From Entomortierella parvispora E1425 (Eukaryota; Fungi; Mortierellomycota): a stretch of 64,000 bases of DNA. The stretch is taken from assembly GCA_020891255.1 (NCBI GenBank), contig BQFW01000011.1, positions 310,001 to 374,000 of the forward strand, given 5' to 3'. Under the pieces are notes generated by a model. That model saw only the letters and a list, made by a program, of their open reading frames with translations. It searched no databases and was not told where the DNA came from. A program made the translations under genes and the position numbers. Below, piece after piece: positions 63,291 to 64,000 of the stretch (the stretch's first letter is position 1; the number at the start of each line of letters is the position of its first letter).

Positions 63291-63711
63291 TGCGGGGCAG
63301 GGGTGGGATATTTTGGGCTCTCACTTACAATATGACTATCGAGACAAGAAGGAGGATCTTTATGTTCTGCCCTCGCACTCCTTTGATAAGGGAGTGCGAG
63401 GGTGGCTTGCTACTAAACTAGGTTACTAAAATAAACATCCCTACATCCCTATTAATACACTTCAAGGCCCACGATATGCCACAGCTCTCTCCCATAGAAG
63501 AGGCTGAAAGCCGGGCTTCTTTGCATATCGTATCTGCTCCTGATTCATACAAGATGGCATCTTGTTTTGAGGTCAACATCCTCCCATGACTTTCTTCTTT
63601 GATGCCCTACAGGTATATACCAAACCTGATTGATGTAAAAACCCATTGGGATAAAAAAACCATCAATGCATCGCTCCAACACTTCGCCCAAATTCTCGTT
63701 GAGTATGGTGA

Positions 63712-64000
63712 TTAACGGCGGCTGCGTTTGATCGCTCGAACAGTCCTGTCGCTGCTGTCCTGGTCGCCACTAATTGTCTGCCTCTTTCTTGCAGACCTGG
63801 ACGAAGCAAGCGGTATTAACTCTTGCTCCAAAGGCTGTCCTCTTTTTGACCTCCTCCGATCCAACACCTTACTGGTAGTATCGTTCTTCTTCACCATGAT
63901 TGTCTGATCCTGGTTTATATACTGCTGAGTTGATTCTTGTCGCTTTCCAACTGTCTGCGCTTGACTCTTCGCCTGCCGACAAGGCTGCGTGGGGTCCTGT
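63712..64000 (-). CDS. Possible 3' end of a gene running off the window; low complexity, basic C-terminus
   Basis: One frame is open from the window edge to TAA 63712 (...TVRAIKRSRR*); no motif recognised. Confidence 0.35.
   Translation of the reverse strand, partial: QDPTQPCRQAKSQAQTVGKRQESTQQYINQDQTIMVKKNDTTSKVLDRRRSKRGQPLEQELIPLASSRSARKRQTISGDQDSSDRTVRAIKRSRR

Overview
Intron-rich fungal genomic DNA, about 50% GC. A Mucoromycota/Mortierellaceae-like origin is inferred from the CotH gene and the overall gene set, not proven. Positions 1-55.8 kb are a gene-dense housekeeping region: a mitochondrial K+/H+ exchange-related gene (partial), RPB2, QCR9, a bacterial-type FAD 3-ketosteroid dehydrogenase-like gene, CotH, a PHD/Cti6-like gene, a UbcH7-like E2, a Yap1-like bZIP, a 7TM pseudogene, a 2OG-Fe(II) oxygenase, RBX1, an OTU deubiquitinase, an ankyrin protein, a GH18 chitinase, an ANKRD13-like gene, a trefoil-GH31 glucosidase, a ChAPs exomer subunit, a GRAM protein, and tRNA-Phe(GAA) and tRNA-Val(TAC). 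A very young Ty3/Gypsy element (identical 308-bp LTRs, 4-bp TSD, two +1 frame changes at A_AAA_G) sits in the RPB2/QCR9 divergent promoter. Positions 56.1-63.4 kb are a nested mobile-element tangle that can be reversed by hand. Removing a solo LTR, a non-autonomous Helitron, and a 111-bp LTR with its associated 1.9-kb inversion, plus one extra A, restores a single 446-aa ORF. That ORF ends 7 bp from a convergent Tc1/IS630-type DDE transposase remnant. All exon models and family assignments were made by eye from motifs; no database searches were run.
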